64,000 nucleotides of DNA from Amoebophrya sp. A120 (taxonomy: Eukaryota > Protista > Dinoflagellata). The DNA lies in assembly GCA_905178155.1 (NCBI GenBank), contig CAJINV010000001.1, forward strand, positions 4,692,747 to 4,756,746. Direction: 5' to 3'. Shown here piece by piece: positions 1-13,000 of the stretch. Under the pieces are notes generated by a model. That model did not search any database. It saw only the letters and a list, made by a program, of their open reading frames with translations, and had not been told where the DNA came from. Made by a program: the position numbers and the translations under genes. Position 1 is the first letter of the stretch. The number at the start of each line of letters is the position of its first letter.

Positions 1-1
1 T

Positions 2-709
2 GCGCGCAACCTGCAACCGCGGTACATGGACAAGGCGAAGCAACGCGAGCAGGTGGTTAACAGCGAGAAGGGGAGCTACATTTACCGGTTCCGCCAGCGG
101 CAGATTCGGGTGAGTCTGAAGCGGCTGCAGGACTACGGGCGGCTGGTGACCAACCGGAACCTGCAGGATGGCATTGATTTCCTGGAATCCATGGGCCGCC
201 CGCACGCCGAGCCGATCATTGAGTGTCTGCGGAACGCGCGCGAGAACCTGACGGTTTTCCACGGCAAGGACCCCGCGCGGCTGGTGGTGCAAACCTTCCA
301 GTGCTTGCGCGGGCGGTACGTGAAAAGCATAAAGTACAAGGCCATGAACAAGGTGGGGATCTGCCGCCACCCCCGGAACCACATTCTCGTCGGCGTGCGC
401 GAAATGTCCCTGGAAGAATTTTTTCAGAAGGTCTACGTGGTCGGCAAAGTGCCCACGACACTCACCTGGGACATGCGACTAGCTCTGTTTGAGGGGCGGT
501 GCGGGCCCGAAATGCATCGCCACTGGTCGCCGTATTTGACGAGTACCAGTCGCTGGCTGCACCGCAAGCGGCTGAAGTACCTAGACGCCACCAAGCAGCT
601 TGACTTCTACAAGCTCCGGGACGAATGGATTGCACGCTACCAAGGCAATTGGTTGCGCAAAACTCGCGAGGCCCGGTCTGCAAGAGGGTTGAGTGAAATA
701 AAGATATAA
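2..709 (+). CDS. Ribosomal protein uL22-family protein, probably mitochondrial; 5' end may lie outside the window
   Basis: Frame is open from position 2. IRVSLKRLQDYGRLVTNRNLQDGIDFL...IIECLRNAREN...RGRYVKSIKYKAMNKVGICRHPRNHILVGVRE follows the uL22 pattern, with a C-terminal extension as in mitoribosomal proteins. Confidence 0.75.
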   Translation, partial: ARNLQPRYMDKAKQREQVVNSEKGSYIYRFRQRQIRVSLKRLQDYGRLVTNRNLQDGIDFLESMGRPHAEPIIECLRNARENLTVFHGKDPARLVVQTFQCLRGRYVKSIKYKAMNKVGICRHPRNHILVGVREMSLEEFFQKVYVVGKVPTTLTWDMRLALFEGRCGPEMHRHWSPYLTSTSRWLHRKRLKYLDATKQLDFYKLRDEWIARYQGNWLRKTREARSARGLSEIKI

Positions 710-1262
710 AGAGTGCACACTTGTTATCGTTGGTTGCAGCTTCTGATGGCTATTGTTTTTACCATCGAGAATTCACTAGCGAGCACTGCGGGCGCCTGGT
801 GCCTTTTCTGGTATTGATTGATTTATTTTCGATCTTCACTGCGGCGCGCGATCTTCTGGCGCGTGTTGTTTTCGTGCGGCTTTTTTCAATATGCCCCCAA
901 TATCGTCTTTTCTGCCGAGTCTGTTTGTTTCACGTGCGTGACAGATCAGCTTCAGATCCTGCTTCGGTACGATCCGATTTTTCTTGTTTTCTATTTCCAA
1001 TTTTTTTGCAAACACGTTGACGATGCCTATGTGTTTGGAATTTGGATCTTTGTGCAGCTTGATCACGACAACAAATATCATGATCTTTTACCGCCCATCG
1101 TTGCTTTCCGACAGCCTGGTGTGCCGTTGAAATTTCCTCTTGATATCTTTTGGCGAATGTTCAACTGGCCATTTCAAAAAAATTGATCACTCTGCCCTTA
1201 CAACTAAGTAAAAAGTGTACATGTGAAGTACGTTTCCCACCAGCGCCACACTTGGAAAGAAG

Positions 1263-4058
1263 ATGTTGCCGATCCCGTTGCTGGAGTCGGCGTCGACTTC
1301 CTCTACCACGGGCGGGTCCCACGACATACGAAGGTGTCGATATTCCTTGACAAGGAAATCGGATCGCAGACCTGCCGTTTTAAAGCGGCACGTGAGGAAC
1401 TTGTTGGCAGTCGCGTCAATATGTGGTCGTGTCAGCGCAGTGGTCGACAAGCATGTTTTTTTCAAGGAGCTGCCGCCAGTGTACAGCGAGCCGCGCACCC
1501 TGGTGCTCGCCGAGGATCCAGATGCAGCGAGGGGCCAGTACTCCTTGCTCCTCACAGAGCTGCTGGACCGCAATCACAAGATCGCGTATGCTCCGCTCAA
1601 CATGAAGAACACGCCGCTTTTCGCATACGGGGAGCGCATTTACGAGCACGTTCTGCTGATACCAGGAACCGCGTCGTTCCCCAGCAGCGCGGTGAAGCCG
1701 GTAAAGTGATTGTAGTACATCGCTTTCTTGATTGAACGGGTTCTTCTAGTCGTTCTTTTCCAAAACGAAATCCGCCAGTGTACTATGTGTCACGATGAAG
1801 GGGACTAGCATTGATGGTGAACAATCGAAAGCAAAAAAATATTTCATTATACTAATCCAGCCCGGCTACCGGTCCACGCAAAAGGAACTGGAGATCCAGG
1901 GGCAGCAGAGAGGCAAGGCGAACCCGACGGCAAATTTGTCGGTCACAGAGATGCTGAAATTTATAGACGCTGGCGGCAACGTGTTGTTTTTCGGCAGCAA
2001 GCCCAGTATGGATTGTAAAAATGTCTGGGTCTGGAAGAATGGAAGGTCTGTCATGCTCTGCCAGCATGACCCCAAAGTCTGTCATGCACGTTACCCAAGA
2101 GCCCCGTTTTTTTGTCATGCAGAAACGCAGTTTGTCATGCAGAATAGGCAATACCCCGAAGCTCAGAAACTTGTCATGCTGAGCCAGTACTTGTGGCCGC
2201 CTCATGAGACGCCAACCAGCATCACAAGTTTCCAGACCCAGACATTTTTGCATTTGATACCCAGTCCGGACATGCGAAAGTTCGCGAACGAGTGCGGCGT
2301 CGACTTCCACAAGGGCATATGGATTGCAAATATGTCTGGGTCTGGAAACTTGTAATGCTCAAACTGAATGATAGACGCGCCACAATACGCAGCTATGCAT
2401 GACAAATTTTGCGGCTGCCATGTCTTACGTATTCCGCATGGCAAACTGCCTTTTCGCATGAAAGTTAAGAGGGCTCTTTCGTGCCTATGCAACACAGATT
2501 CTCGAGTCATGCCAGACAAGCATGACAAACTTGCATTCTTCCAGACCCAGACACTTTTACATTTGATAGGGCAGCACTGCGGTGTGGGACTTTTTCTCAG
2601 AGAGCGGCAACACCATTCAGGGTCGCATCCGCCCCGAGGCGAGCGCGGTGGTTGGACAGTTTGACGCCGACGGAAATCCGCAGTTGCAGGCGGGAGGTAC
2701 ATGAGATCCATTCTTCCAGTGTAATTCGTTTTTTCCGGGCGACGACTTGTAACTAAATCACGAAGTCTGTTCGTACCCTGTACAAAGCAGAAGTACTGCT
2801 TGTTTGAGTGTGAACCTGTACTTTTCGCAAATGCATTGCAACACCCTATTTGACAGAGGACACGGTTTCCTTCGAGGGGCTGAGCCATTCCGTGGCCTCC
2901 TCCCAGTTGACCTTCAACATCGTCTCCGGAAGCGGCTCCGCATTTGTTACGCCCGACGCCGGGGGCAAGAAAGAGCCGATCGTTGTCGGGGAGGCCGTGT
3001 CCCTCGTGTCCGCGATGCAAGCTAGGAATTCCGTATTTACAATACTAGTGCGACGATCTATTGATTTCTATTGCGGGCAAAAAAAGATGCTGTCGGGCGA
3101 TGATGTCGAGTCGTAGTCTTGATGCGCAAAAATCGATGTTGAAGTAGAACGGAACCTTCTAGACGTCTTTGAGCCGCAGTGCGTCGTGTATGTGCCATGT
3201 ATAAACTATCGACTCCTGCAAACAGGCTCGCGTAGTGTTTGCGGGTTCCGATTCCCTGTGTGCTGACGACAGCGAGGAGAACGCGAATTTTTGCCGGGAG
3301 TTGGTAAAGTGGACGTTTCGTGAGCGGGGCGTGCTGCGCATGGGAAACTTGCACAGCCACAAGGTTGGCGAAAACGTGCAGCCGTACATGTATCGAGTGC
3401 TGGACGAAATCACTTTCAACATCGACATTGAGGAGTACCGGGACGGTATACGACTCGTTTCGTTCTTCACAACTGCGCATCATGAATTACTCAATGTACT
3501 TACAACTACGCAAGATGAAAGGTCCAAAATAAAAACAAGCTGCGAATGAAGATTTGGGTTGTAGGCAATATTGCCTGAGAGTCGGCTCTCTATTCCTTCG
3601 CTTGCGTTGCATTTTACTCTTGCGGTGAGATGATGATTTTCTTCGTAAGTCGTGGCCTAAAATCTGAAAGAATCTTTCTGACACCAGGCACCTGGCGCCC
3701 GTTTCGGCGCAGCGATATCCAGCTGGAGTTTGTGATGCTCGACCCCTATCTGCGGATGTTCCTCGATCCGCCGGCGAAAGACGGGAGCAGCATCACCTAC
3801 TCGAAGACGTTCAAGTCGCCGGATGTGTACGGAGTGTTTAAATTCAAGATCGACTACGCGCGAATCGGCTACAACCGCTTGCACGTGGAGGACCTAGCGC
3901 CCGTGCGCAACTTCAAGCACAATGACTACGAGCGCTTCATTTGGTGCGCGAGCCCCTACTACGCGACCTGCCTCCTGGTGCCGGTTTCCCTGCTCTTCTT
4001 CACGGCCGCATTTCTCTACCACAAGGAGGATTTGAAAAGCGGCGGCAAACTACTATGA
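1263..4058 (+). CDS. WBP1: Oligosaccharyltransferase 48-kDa subunit (OST48/WBP1/DDOST), 7 exons
   Basis: Exons 1263-1700, 1861-2006, 2265-2317, 2574-2696, 2857-3032, 3226-3445, 3688-4058 join in frame. Family motifs: FIDAGGNVL, AMQARNSARVVFAGS, WTFRERGVLR, DIQLEFVMLDPY, PDVYGVFKFKIDY, VRNFKHNDYERF, C-terminal TM. Four GT-AG introns and two introner introns. Confidence 0.93.
2007..2259. mobile_element. Introner (MITE-like non-canonical intron), family A
   Basis: TIR tatggattgtaaaaatgtctgggtctggaa / ttccagacccagacatttttgcatttgata; TSD cccag at 2002-2006 and 2260-2264; removal restores GSKPSPDMRKF. Confidence 0.93.
2318..2568. mobile_element. Introner, family A
   Basis: Same TIR; TSD gggca at 2313-2317 and 2569-2573; removal restores DFHKGSTAVWDFF. 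Confidence 0.93.
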
Positions 4059-5033
4059 ACAGGAGAGTTTTTTTTTCCTGATGCGACCTCGTCCGTATTG
4101 AAATTCCGAGAATATCAGAAGGCATATGGTAAGCAAACCTTGTGTAGTAGTGATGTTAGAGGACGTTGAGAATACAGTCAGACAAGCTGCAACATCGAAG
4201 TAGATTTTGTAGATCTTCTAGAAGGCTGCATGCGATTTGATGAAATATGCAGTCTGGTTTCAAAGCCCGCAAGTGTTTTTTTGACTTGACCAGTACCAGC
4301 CAACATGCGTCAATGTCAAATTTTGGAAATTCATCTCGACGTTGACGTATATCGGTCCTTGACACGCCTTCTGTCACCTAAAGAAAAAAAAACATAATCG
4401 GTTGAACTATATGCGGTAATTTCGTCGAACCTGTCTCATCGTGCATACTCAGAAAGATTCGCTGTAAAAGAAGCGGAGCTATCGGTGCTAACGTCCAATA
4501 AAAACGTCCACTCGTTCACAAAGTCGGCTCTCGTTCTACTTCCTCGTGCACCTGTACTTCTCAGTTATCGGCCTTGTCGGATTTTGCGGCAGTAGTCCAT
4601 ATCAATTTGATTTTGACAAACCGACCCAGGACCTCATTGACCCCTTATTTACATTACAACCCTTCAATAGTCATACATCCTCGATGATCTATTCGTGCCA
4701 CAATTTTACAATTTTTCTACAATACATCCGTACATGAATTATACCCCAATTATTTCATTTCAGAAAAGCTATGTTAGAGAGTAACCTTACGAATCGCTCC
4801 GTGCGCCTTGCACAGTCGGTGGGGTGCGGGCGTCATGCGCAATTCGAAGCTTCTGTCGTTGTCACTGTGGTTTCATCTTTGCAGCGGTCGGCGTCGCCCG
4901 TTTGCTGAATCGGCACAAGACCCTGAATAAGTAGCCACGCACGTCGACCACCTGAGATCGCCGCGTAAATAAGAACCTGTCGCAGCACCAAGGACCACAT
5001 CAGGACAACAAGGAAGTTGCATCTCGGAGGACC

Positions 5034-8000
5034 ATGGACCTCGACGACGGGCGGCATGACGGAGGGCTGTCCACGCCGTCGCTGTCCCCCCTATCCGGGA
5101 CACCCGGCGGCGCGTTCGGGAAATCCCCGGGCGGCCGTGGCGGGCTGTTGCAGAAGAGCGGGGGTGGCCCAGGCGGATTCGGGGGCGGCGGAGGCTCCTT
5201 TGGCGGCGCTGGGGGCGGGGGCGGCAAATTCGTGCGGGGCGGCATGCGGCTCGAAGACATGATGGAAGAGGAGGAAGAGGAGAAGAAGAAGTCGCGCAAC
5301 CCCTTCGCCATGCTCGCGGCCTGCTGCAAGCGGGACGGCGTGTCGGCGCAGGACAAATTTCTGAAGCAGCAGCGTGCCTACAACTGGCAGCAGGCCGAGG
5401 CCGAGAAGACCGCGCGCCGGGAGACCGACAGCAAGACCTTCGACTTTCTCAAGGCAAAAGCTTCCGACGACGACCGGGTGCGGTTTGTCTTGTTCGTGTT
5501 CTTTCTGCTGCTAGCCGTCGGGCTGTGCTGCTCCGTCATGACGCTGCTGTTCGACGCGATCGAGCACTGGGTGGAGGCGTTCTACCGGAAGTGGCTCCCG
5601 ACGACCGTCGACGACGCGGCGGGCGGGCTGGGAAAATGGTACATGTGCCTCCACATGATCTTCGGCTGCGCGGTCTCCGTCGCCTTCACCTCCTACTTTG
5701 TGCGCAACTACATTCCCGAGTGCAGCGGGGCCGGCACGGACGCGGCCAGGATTGCCATGGCGATCGGGTCGCCCATCGCGCTGCGCATCGCCTTCTACCG
5801 GATCACCGTCTCGTCGCTCTATTTAGGGATGGGAAACCCGTATTCGTTTTTTTTTTCTGCATGGGAGAGTTACTGCAAGCATCAGTGTAGATTCATCGTT
5901 TACGTGTTTCAGATAGGTAATTGAGAATATAAATTCCCGCAACTTGTTACACAAAAGTCTTGCCCTTCATCACCATACCCCATACGCTACAGGCTCGGGA
6001 TGGAAGCACCGATTCTGCACGTGTGCGCGTGCGTGACGAGCTCGGTCGTCGGGTTCGCGGCCGTCAATTTCCCGAAGTTTGCCACCTACGAGCACTTGCC
6101 CACCTGGGTGCTGGTGGGAATTGCGAGCGGCCTGTCAACTGCGTTTGACGCCCCGCTAGCGGGGATTACCTACGCCGTCGAGGAGGTGATGGCCCTACGG
6201 AAGATTGAGCTGGCCGTGTGCCTGATTGGGGGCGCGGCGTCCGTGGCCACCTATTTGAACGCGGAGGCCAAGGTGGGGTTCTTCAACAAACTGATGCACA
6301 TCGACCCGGCGCACCCCTACTTGCTGCTGCCCTCGTCCGGCGGGGACGGGGAGGAAGTGCATTTCGGCCGCATGTGGTTCCACTCCATGCTCATGGGCCT
6401 GCTCACCGGCTTCGCGGGGGAGGCTTTCGCTCGGATCTTGCTGACCGTGCGTCGACGAGTGCGTAGACAAACCCTTTGCTCGCCGCCGAAATTTGTCGTG
6501 CTCCTCAGCGTCATCATCGGCATTCTCGGCAGTACAGGAATTTTTTTTTTGACAAACATTTAATTTAGTGGACCTCATCTGCGTTTCAGTTTCACAAAAG
6601 ACACACTGTTGCAGCTCGCAGTCGAGAAATACATATGATTTTCCCAAGAAAATCAAAATCTGACTGAGATAATTGCTATCGCAGCACAACAGATTCTTGA
6701 GCGTACCATACTACAGCTTTGTCCGCACATAATCAATCTCTTCCACAGGTGTTTGCTACGTGGTGCTGGATGATGATAGCGTGTGGGGCCCGGGGCGCAC
6801 CGCTTTTCAGAAGATGCTACTCATTCCAAGCACGTTTGAATACGACCAGAATATCCGGAAGGACGTGACTCTTCCCTACGACCAGAACCTGAAGCCGCTG
6901 AAGGACGTGGAGAGCCTGGGGTTCCACTACTACGCCGGTTTTTTCGTGCTGAAGCTGGCGGCCGTGATTCTGGCGGCTTCCAGCGGCGGCCCGGGCGGCG
7001 CCTTCTACCCAGTGCTGCTGCTGGGCGGAGCGTTCGGGGGCGCCGTGATGTGCGTGCTGCAGGCGTTCGACGCGCCGGAGAACGCGGGGCTGCACCGCGT
7101 GGTCATCTACCTGGCGATCTGCGGGCTGTTCACCTCGGTGTTCCGGGTGCCTTTAACGGGGGTGTTCATCACCTACGAGCTGACCGGCCTGGGCAAGCGC
7201 GGGGTGGTGGACCACACGCTGTTCCCGCTGATGCTCACCTCCCTGGTCTCCTTCCTGGTGTCCACGCGGCTGGAGCCCTGCGAGATGCAGGAGCGCGTGG
7301 AGCTGATGGACGGGCTGGACGTGGGCAAGCTGTTCGAGCACGGGCTGGCGGGCATGGTGAACAAGAAGATGCTGAAGGAGACCCAGGACCAGGTGCGCGC
7401 CGCCGAGGAGCAGAGCAACAGCAAGCACGGCGAGCCGGTCACGAGCACGACCAGCAAGATCGCGCCCATGCAGCCCTCCTCCTCGCAGGCGCGGAAAATC
7501 TTTTCGTCCACGAGCACGCGGAGCACGCTGAGCATCGAGTCCAGCATGTCGAACGGGACCAGCGGCAGCAACAACAGCGGCACGCGCAACCTGGACGCCA
7601 CGGTGCAGATGCTGTTTCTGGGGGTGGAGGCCCAGGAGTCGTCGTCCGCGAGCGCCAGTCCGCTCGCCATGCTGATGTCCGCTGTGCGGGCCCCGTTCGC
7701 GCGCAACCAGGCGGATCAGGCGGTGTCGCCGGCCGCCACGACGTCCAAGGGCGGCAGTCCGAGCGCCAGCGGCACGGCCATCGGCGGCAGCAGCGCGGAG
7801 GCGCGGATGGCCGCGGAGCAGCGACGCCAGTTCCTCAAGAAGTTCACGCCGGCCCAGCGCATCCTGCTGCGGTCGTCCGCGCGCGCGCGGGCCTTCGCGC
7901 ACCGCCAGACGGGACTCAAGTTCTACCGGCTCGCGAGCGCCGGCGACGTGCGGGGCGTGCACCAGGCGCTGCTGGGCGGGGAGAACACGCTAGACTTGCC

Positions 8001-8757
8001 CTGGATCCGGGACCAGTGCGGGGAGTCCCTGCTCTCGCTCTTCATGAAGAAGGATCTGCTGAATGGGTGCGCGATGCTGCTGCGCCACGCCGGCTGGGAC
8101 GCCTGCGTCGCGGTGCAGAGCAGTATCGGCGAGAACCCGCTGGAGGAAAGTATCCAGAAGGACGACATCGGCTACTTCCTGGCCTTCGCGGACCCACGGC
8201 AGCTCTCGCGCAACTACCTTGAGAAGGGCTACTCCGCGACAACCACAGCGACGGAACTTGTTTCCGCACCAAATAACTTGTTCCCTCCGTCCGAGCAGGC
8301 TGGGGCCGACGCGTCGCCGTCGGCGATCATAGGCGGAGCAAGCCCGCTAAGTCGTGGGAGCCTGTCGACCAGTAAAGACTCTTCGGTGACGAGCAGCAAA
8401 GAATCGGTCAGCTCGGCGTCGGCCGTTGCGCAGGTCAACTTAGGGATACAGCCGGGCGACACGCTGCTGCACCTCGTCGTGCGGCGGCGGAGTCCGGCGG
8501 CGATCGAGCGCGTGCTGGAGGCCTGGCGCAACGCCGGCAGTCTGCAGGCGGCGTTCACACAGATTCGCAACGACCACGGTACCACCGTGGTCCAGCTCGT
8601 GGAGGAAGTGTTCCCGGTCGAAGGCGACCGACCGCTGCGGTTGCGGGAAGCGCTTAGTCAGATACAGACCGTTGGAACTAGTACCTCCAATCCGGTCGTA
8701 GATAGCCGACTGCCCACCCGGGACGAAAACGAGCCCCCACCTGGGACGGAGGCATAG
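5034..8757 (+). CDS. CLC-family chloride channel/transporter with C-terminal ankyrin-like repeats, 3 exons
   Basis: Exons 5034-5839, 5993-6531, 6749-8757 (GT-AG introns). CLC motifs PECSGAGTD, LGMEAP, AFDAPLAGITYAVEE, GGAFYP, VFRVPLTGVFITYELTG. Ankyrin-like GESLLSL, GENPLEE, GDTLLHLVV. Confidence 0.88.
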
Positions 8758-10072
8758 CAATCGGACAGAAATCTAGATATTTATAGGTTTTTTCTCTCTA
8801 CTAGACAAGAATCTTCAACATCTTCTTCATACACTGCTCTCGTGGTCGTGGGGGTTATTTACAAGAACTGAAAACATAACGTACACTAGGGGAGGACCAG
8901 TTAAGACAGAGTTGCAGAAGTAGAGGACATTGTCGCACAACATGGGACCTTGTCGCACAACATTTTTCGGAGCAAAATTATTGCGCCAGCAGACTGTGCC
9001 TTCGTGGATGAAATTGTTTGGCGCGAATATGTAAATGATACAAAAGCGAGATTCTTGGACTGCAACCCATTTTCAGTTTTTTTGAGGTGAAGGAACGGCT
9101 CTGAGTCAGTGACTTACTATGCTAATTTTCAGCACATTCGCGCAGTCTCTACTGCGAATCGGCTCTTCTTTGTGTCGCACGAACGATGTTGTTCCGTTTT
9201 GAAGAGTGAGCCGCAGTAACAGCGACTCAGTCTGTTGCATATGGAAAAGCAGTGCCAGTGTGTTTTCACGGTATTTCAAGTTTTCGTACCGTGGGGATCA
9301 ACTAGTTCACTAATCTGGGTCGTCATTGAGTACGTACGCATTTACGTAAAACTACACCTTACGTTGATCGTCCATGCATGAGTTCGTATAGAATCAATCG
9401 TCCACAACAACGTGTCATGGTGCTTGCAACAAACCTAAGGATTGAATTTGAAGACGTGTCGGACAGATCACAGTTGCCTGTTGCCAGAAGAGTCCTAGAT
9501 TGCAGCCAGCATCGTTCTCCGTGCAATGAATCGTGATTCGTGTTTGGTAGCCTTGCGTGCGTTTGCGCACTGCAAATTCGTTCCAAGTTGTCGTCTTCTT
9601 CGTTCCTGAACTCGTTCCCGCGAACGACTGAATTTATTTCATCAAAAGATTTTCGTCTTACCTCGGTTCTTCGTTCGTACCGATCTCCGCATAATTTCCC
9701 CTGACCCTTCATTTCGCAGGTTTTCTTGCTTGTCCCTTTGCGGATTTGTCAAGGTATCAACCAGAATTTTCGCTTATGTAGCGAAGATTGCTCACAACCC
9801 AATTAATTTACCATACTACATTCACTAACAACTTTTGGCACTAGGGAGACGCCTGGGAAGACGCAGCAACAATAAAACGTGTAAAAATACAACTGGAAGC
9901 AACGTGACTAAAGTGGAAGTCGAAATAAGTCTTACATCAACCAAGAAAGACAGGTGTTGTCTTTTTTTTTCCGAGCACACAGCATCAGTGTTTGGAACAA
10001 AAACAGAATAATTTTCATTTTTACAACTTTTTGCAAAAAAATCTTTCATCAAAAAGACTGTAAGGAGAAAAA

Positions 10073-13000
10073 ATGGTACTTACGCTAGCCGGGAGACGCA
10101 CGCTGCCAGGTCTGGTGGTACTTGGGCACGCGGTCGACCACAATCTGCTGGCGCTGAAGCGGCTTCGTGGGGCAGGTGCGCATGCTTTTACTTTTCATCG
10201 CAGAACAAGTCCAGCGCTACTATGAAACAACTTTTTTCAGACTGACAGCATGTTGATTTGAATGTAGATCAGGTACGATGAGTTCTCCTTCTCGCGACAA
10301 TTTTGATCATGCCGCGAAACAAACTGTAATTGTGAACCTTTTTTTCAAATAACAGATGAATTCCTGGCCGACATCGAGAAGGACGTGGGGTTGGTCGAGA
10401 TTCACAATTATCCATTGCAAATGTGTCTGGGTCTGGAAACTTGTACTGCTGAGTTGGGAATAGTGAATGCTCTGTAGTGCACAGCCAAGCATGAGAAATA
10501 TCTGCGCTGCTTGGTGTTGCGCGTTTCGGTTTCGAATGACAAACTGTGCTTCTGCATGACAAGCAAAGCGGTCTCATCTTGGACACGCATCACAAAGTCT
10601 TCAGTCATGCCAGACAAGCATGACAAACCTTGCGTCCTTCCAGACTCAGACATATTTGCAATGCATAGCAATTCGATGTCGCTGCTGGCACGGGGAAGGG
10701 AGAAGCGGAAGCGGTTCTGGAAGGCAGTCGACGGGACCTGTGCTGTGGACGCGACAAAGTTGACGGCAGACCAGGAGCCCATCTATGCGTTGGCTTCTGC
10801 GTTGCCGAACGTGGCGAATTTCACCGCTGCGGTGGGGGATACCGTTAGCACTGAATTCACCGCATTGTTCGACGCCCTGGACACCAACCAGAAGGCGACG
10901 GCGAACAATTCTGCGCAAGAACTCCACGACGTGCTGAAAATCAAGCGTGACTGCGAGGCGGCGGAGGATGATACCACCTGCACCAGCGCCACCAGCTGTG
11001 CTTTCACCGCCGCAGCCGATTCGTCCGGTGAGCAAACGAATACCACCAGCCCGGCCACCGGCGCGCAGGGAACCTGTACCGTTGACGTGACCAAGGCGAC
11101 CGTGACCGACAACATGAAGACGATCTTTGCGCTAATTGCTAACTCGACGATCGATCTCACCGATGTGATGAAGGACATTGGCACTGGCGACAACGGGGGG
11201 GCAGGGAATGGAACCGCGACCGGGGTGATCGATCTCGTAGACCTGGAGAGCGCCTACCAGACTGCAACGTCGGGAGGTGCGGACGTTGTCGCGGCGCTCA
11301 AAACCTACCTCGAGACCGTTCTTGGTGTCGCTGGTGCAGCGGATTCTGAAGTCCTCAAAGCGGCCTTCGTTGCCGCCACAGGCCTCCCGTCTACACAGCA
11401 ACTGGAAGACGCCGCGAAAGATCTTGCCGACGCACTTCTTGCTGACTCCAGCGATTCTAATGCGGTTGTTGCCGCTTATGGGACGTTCACTCAAGCTGCG
11501 ACTACAACAGCCCCACCTGTCGTGAACCCGGCCAGCGAGCTGACGGCGGAGATCAACAATGTGATTGATGTGGCAGTTGCCGCCAACACCGTGGCTGCTC
11601 TTACAGTTGCGTCATTCCAGACTCTGCTGGAGGCAAAAGGCATTGCGACTGGAGATGCTGAAACTGCGGCCACTGCAATTCTTGCCGCCGTTCAAGCCGC
11701 CTCCCCAGACCAAAATGCTATTGATACAGCCATCGCTGACGCCGTCGCGAAACTTCCGTCCGAGCAACCCTCTCCTTCCGTGAACTACAGCGAGATTGCT
11801 CGCGACCTGGAACAAGCAATGGTCACTGTCTTGGCTCCTGGTAATCCAGCAGAAGGCGCATTCAAACAAGCGATGAAGGCAGTGTGGGCGTCGGTCCAAT
11901 TGGATGATGCACATTCCGACATGATCGCAGAGATGTTGTGGATGCAGGCGACGGATGCGGATAATGCACAGCCACCCGCTATTGTGGCGCTTCCTGCTAC
12001 AATTTGGATTGCAATGCTGAAGAACGCGGGCCAGGATGTGGCAGCGAAGGAGGCAATTTTGAAACCACTTTTGAGTGCTGCGGGCATGAACGGCGTTGAT
12101 GCAGTCGCTGGCCCAATTGCAGCTGCGGATCCACTTGCACAAGGACAAGCTTTTCAGGCTAGCTTGGAGCCGGTGTACAGGCATCTTCAGATGGCGAACC
12201 CCACTCCAGAAATGGCAGCAGGGCTACTTGTGGGGGGCGTCATGCAAGCTATCCATGGAACCGATGCGGTCAGCGACCTCACAGCGGTTTTCGCCGGTGC
12301 AAATATTGCGCAAGGCACAGAATCGGATGATGTCAAGAAGGGAGAAATCAAAACGGCTCTAATTGACGCGCTTCAACTTGCATTTCCGAATGCGAACGCC
12401 ACCGATCTAGCGTTTCCGGCGTCGGCGGTCGCTTTCGGAGAAGCGATTGCTACTCAATTCTACGAAAGTACCCCAGATTGGAGTGCTGCTCTCGCAGAAT
12501 CTGCCAAGATGCACCAGATGGACACACTCGTTAAACTTAACCTTGCGGCTAGTTCGGCGGACGTGAGAGCTGGTATCCAGGACGCCGTCGGGGTCGCTGG
12601 AGATGAGGTACCTACTCCTGCACTGGAGGATGTCAAAAATACATTGTTGACTGCAGTTCCCTCGTCTGTTGATCGCTTTACTACACCCCCTTCCGCTGAC
12701 GTGCAAACTCTGATTGCCGCAGCCGATACACTCGCTGCTGACTACTTGGACGTATCTGATGATGCCAGCCTGCTGTCAAAACTCCAAGCGTTCCTTAATG
12801 CGGTGACCGCTGCTGTTACTGCTTCAACTGGAGGAACCAGCTTTCTCCAGATGAAGGATCTGTCCGAAACCGTGAAGACTTCGATCAACACGATCTACGA
12901 CAATTTGGCCGAGGACATCAAGAACCAATTCAGCGTGGACGACCTGTACGCTGCGGTGAAACTGAAGAGCGCTTGCGAAAGTGCCACGACCCAGGATGCC

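Noticed and set aside
6532-6748. GA-AG intron starting at 6538 in the CLC gene
   Set aside because: A same-phase GT donor at 6532 explains it canonically; the two cannot be distinguished without RNA data.
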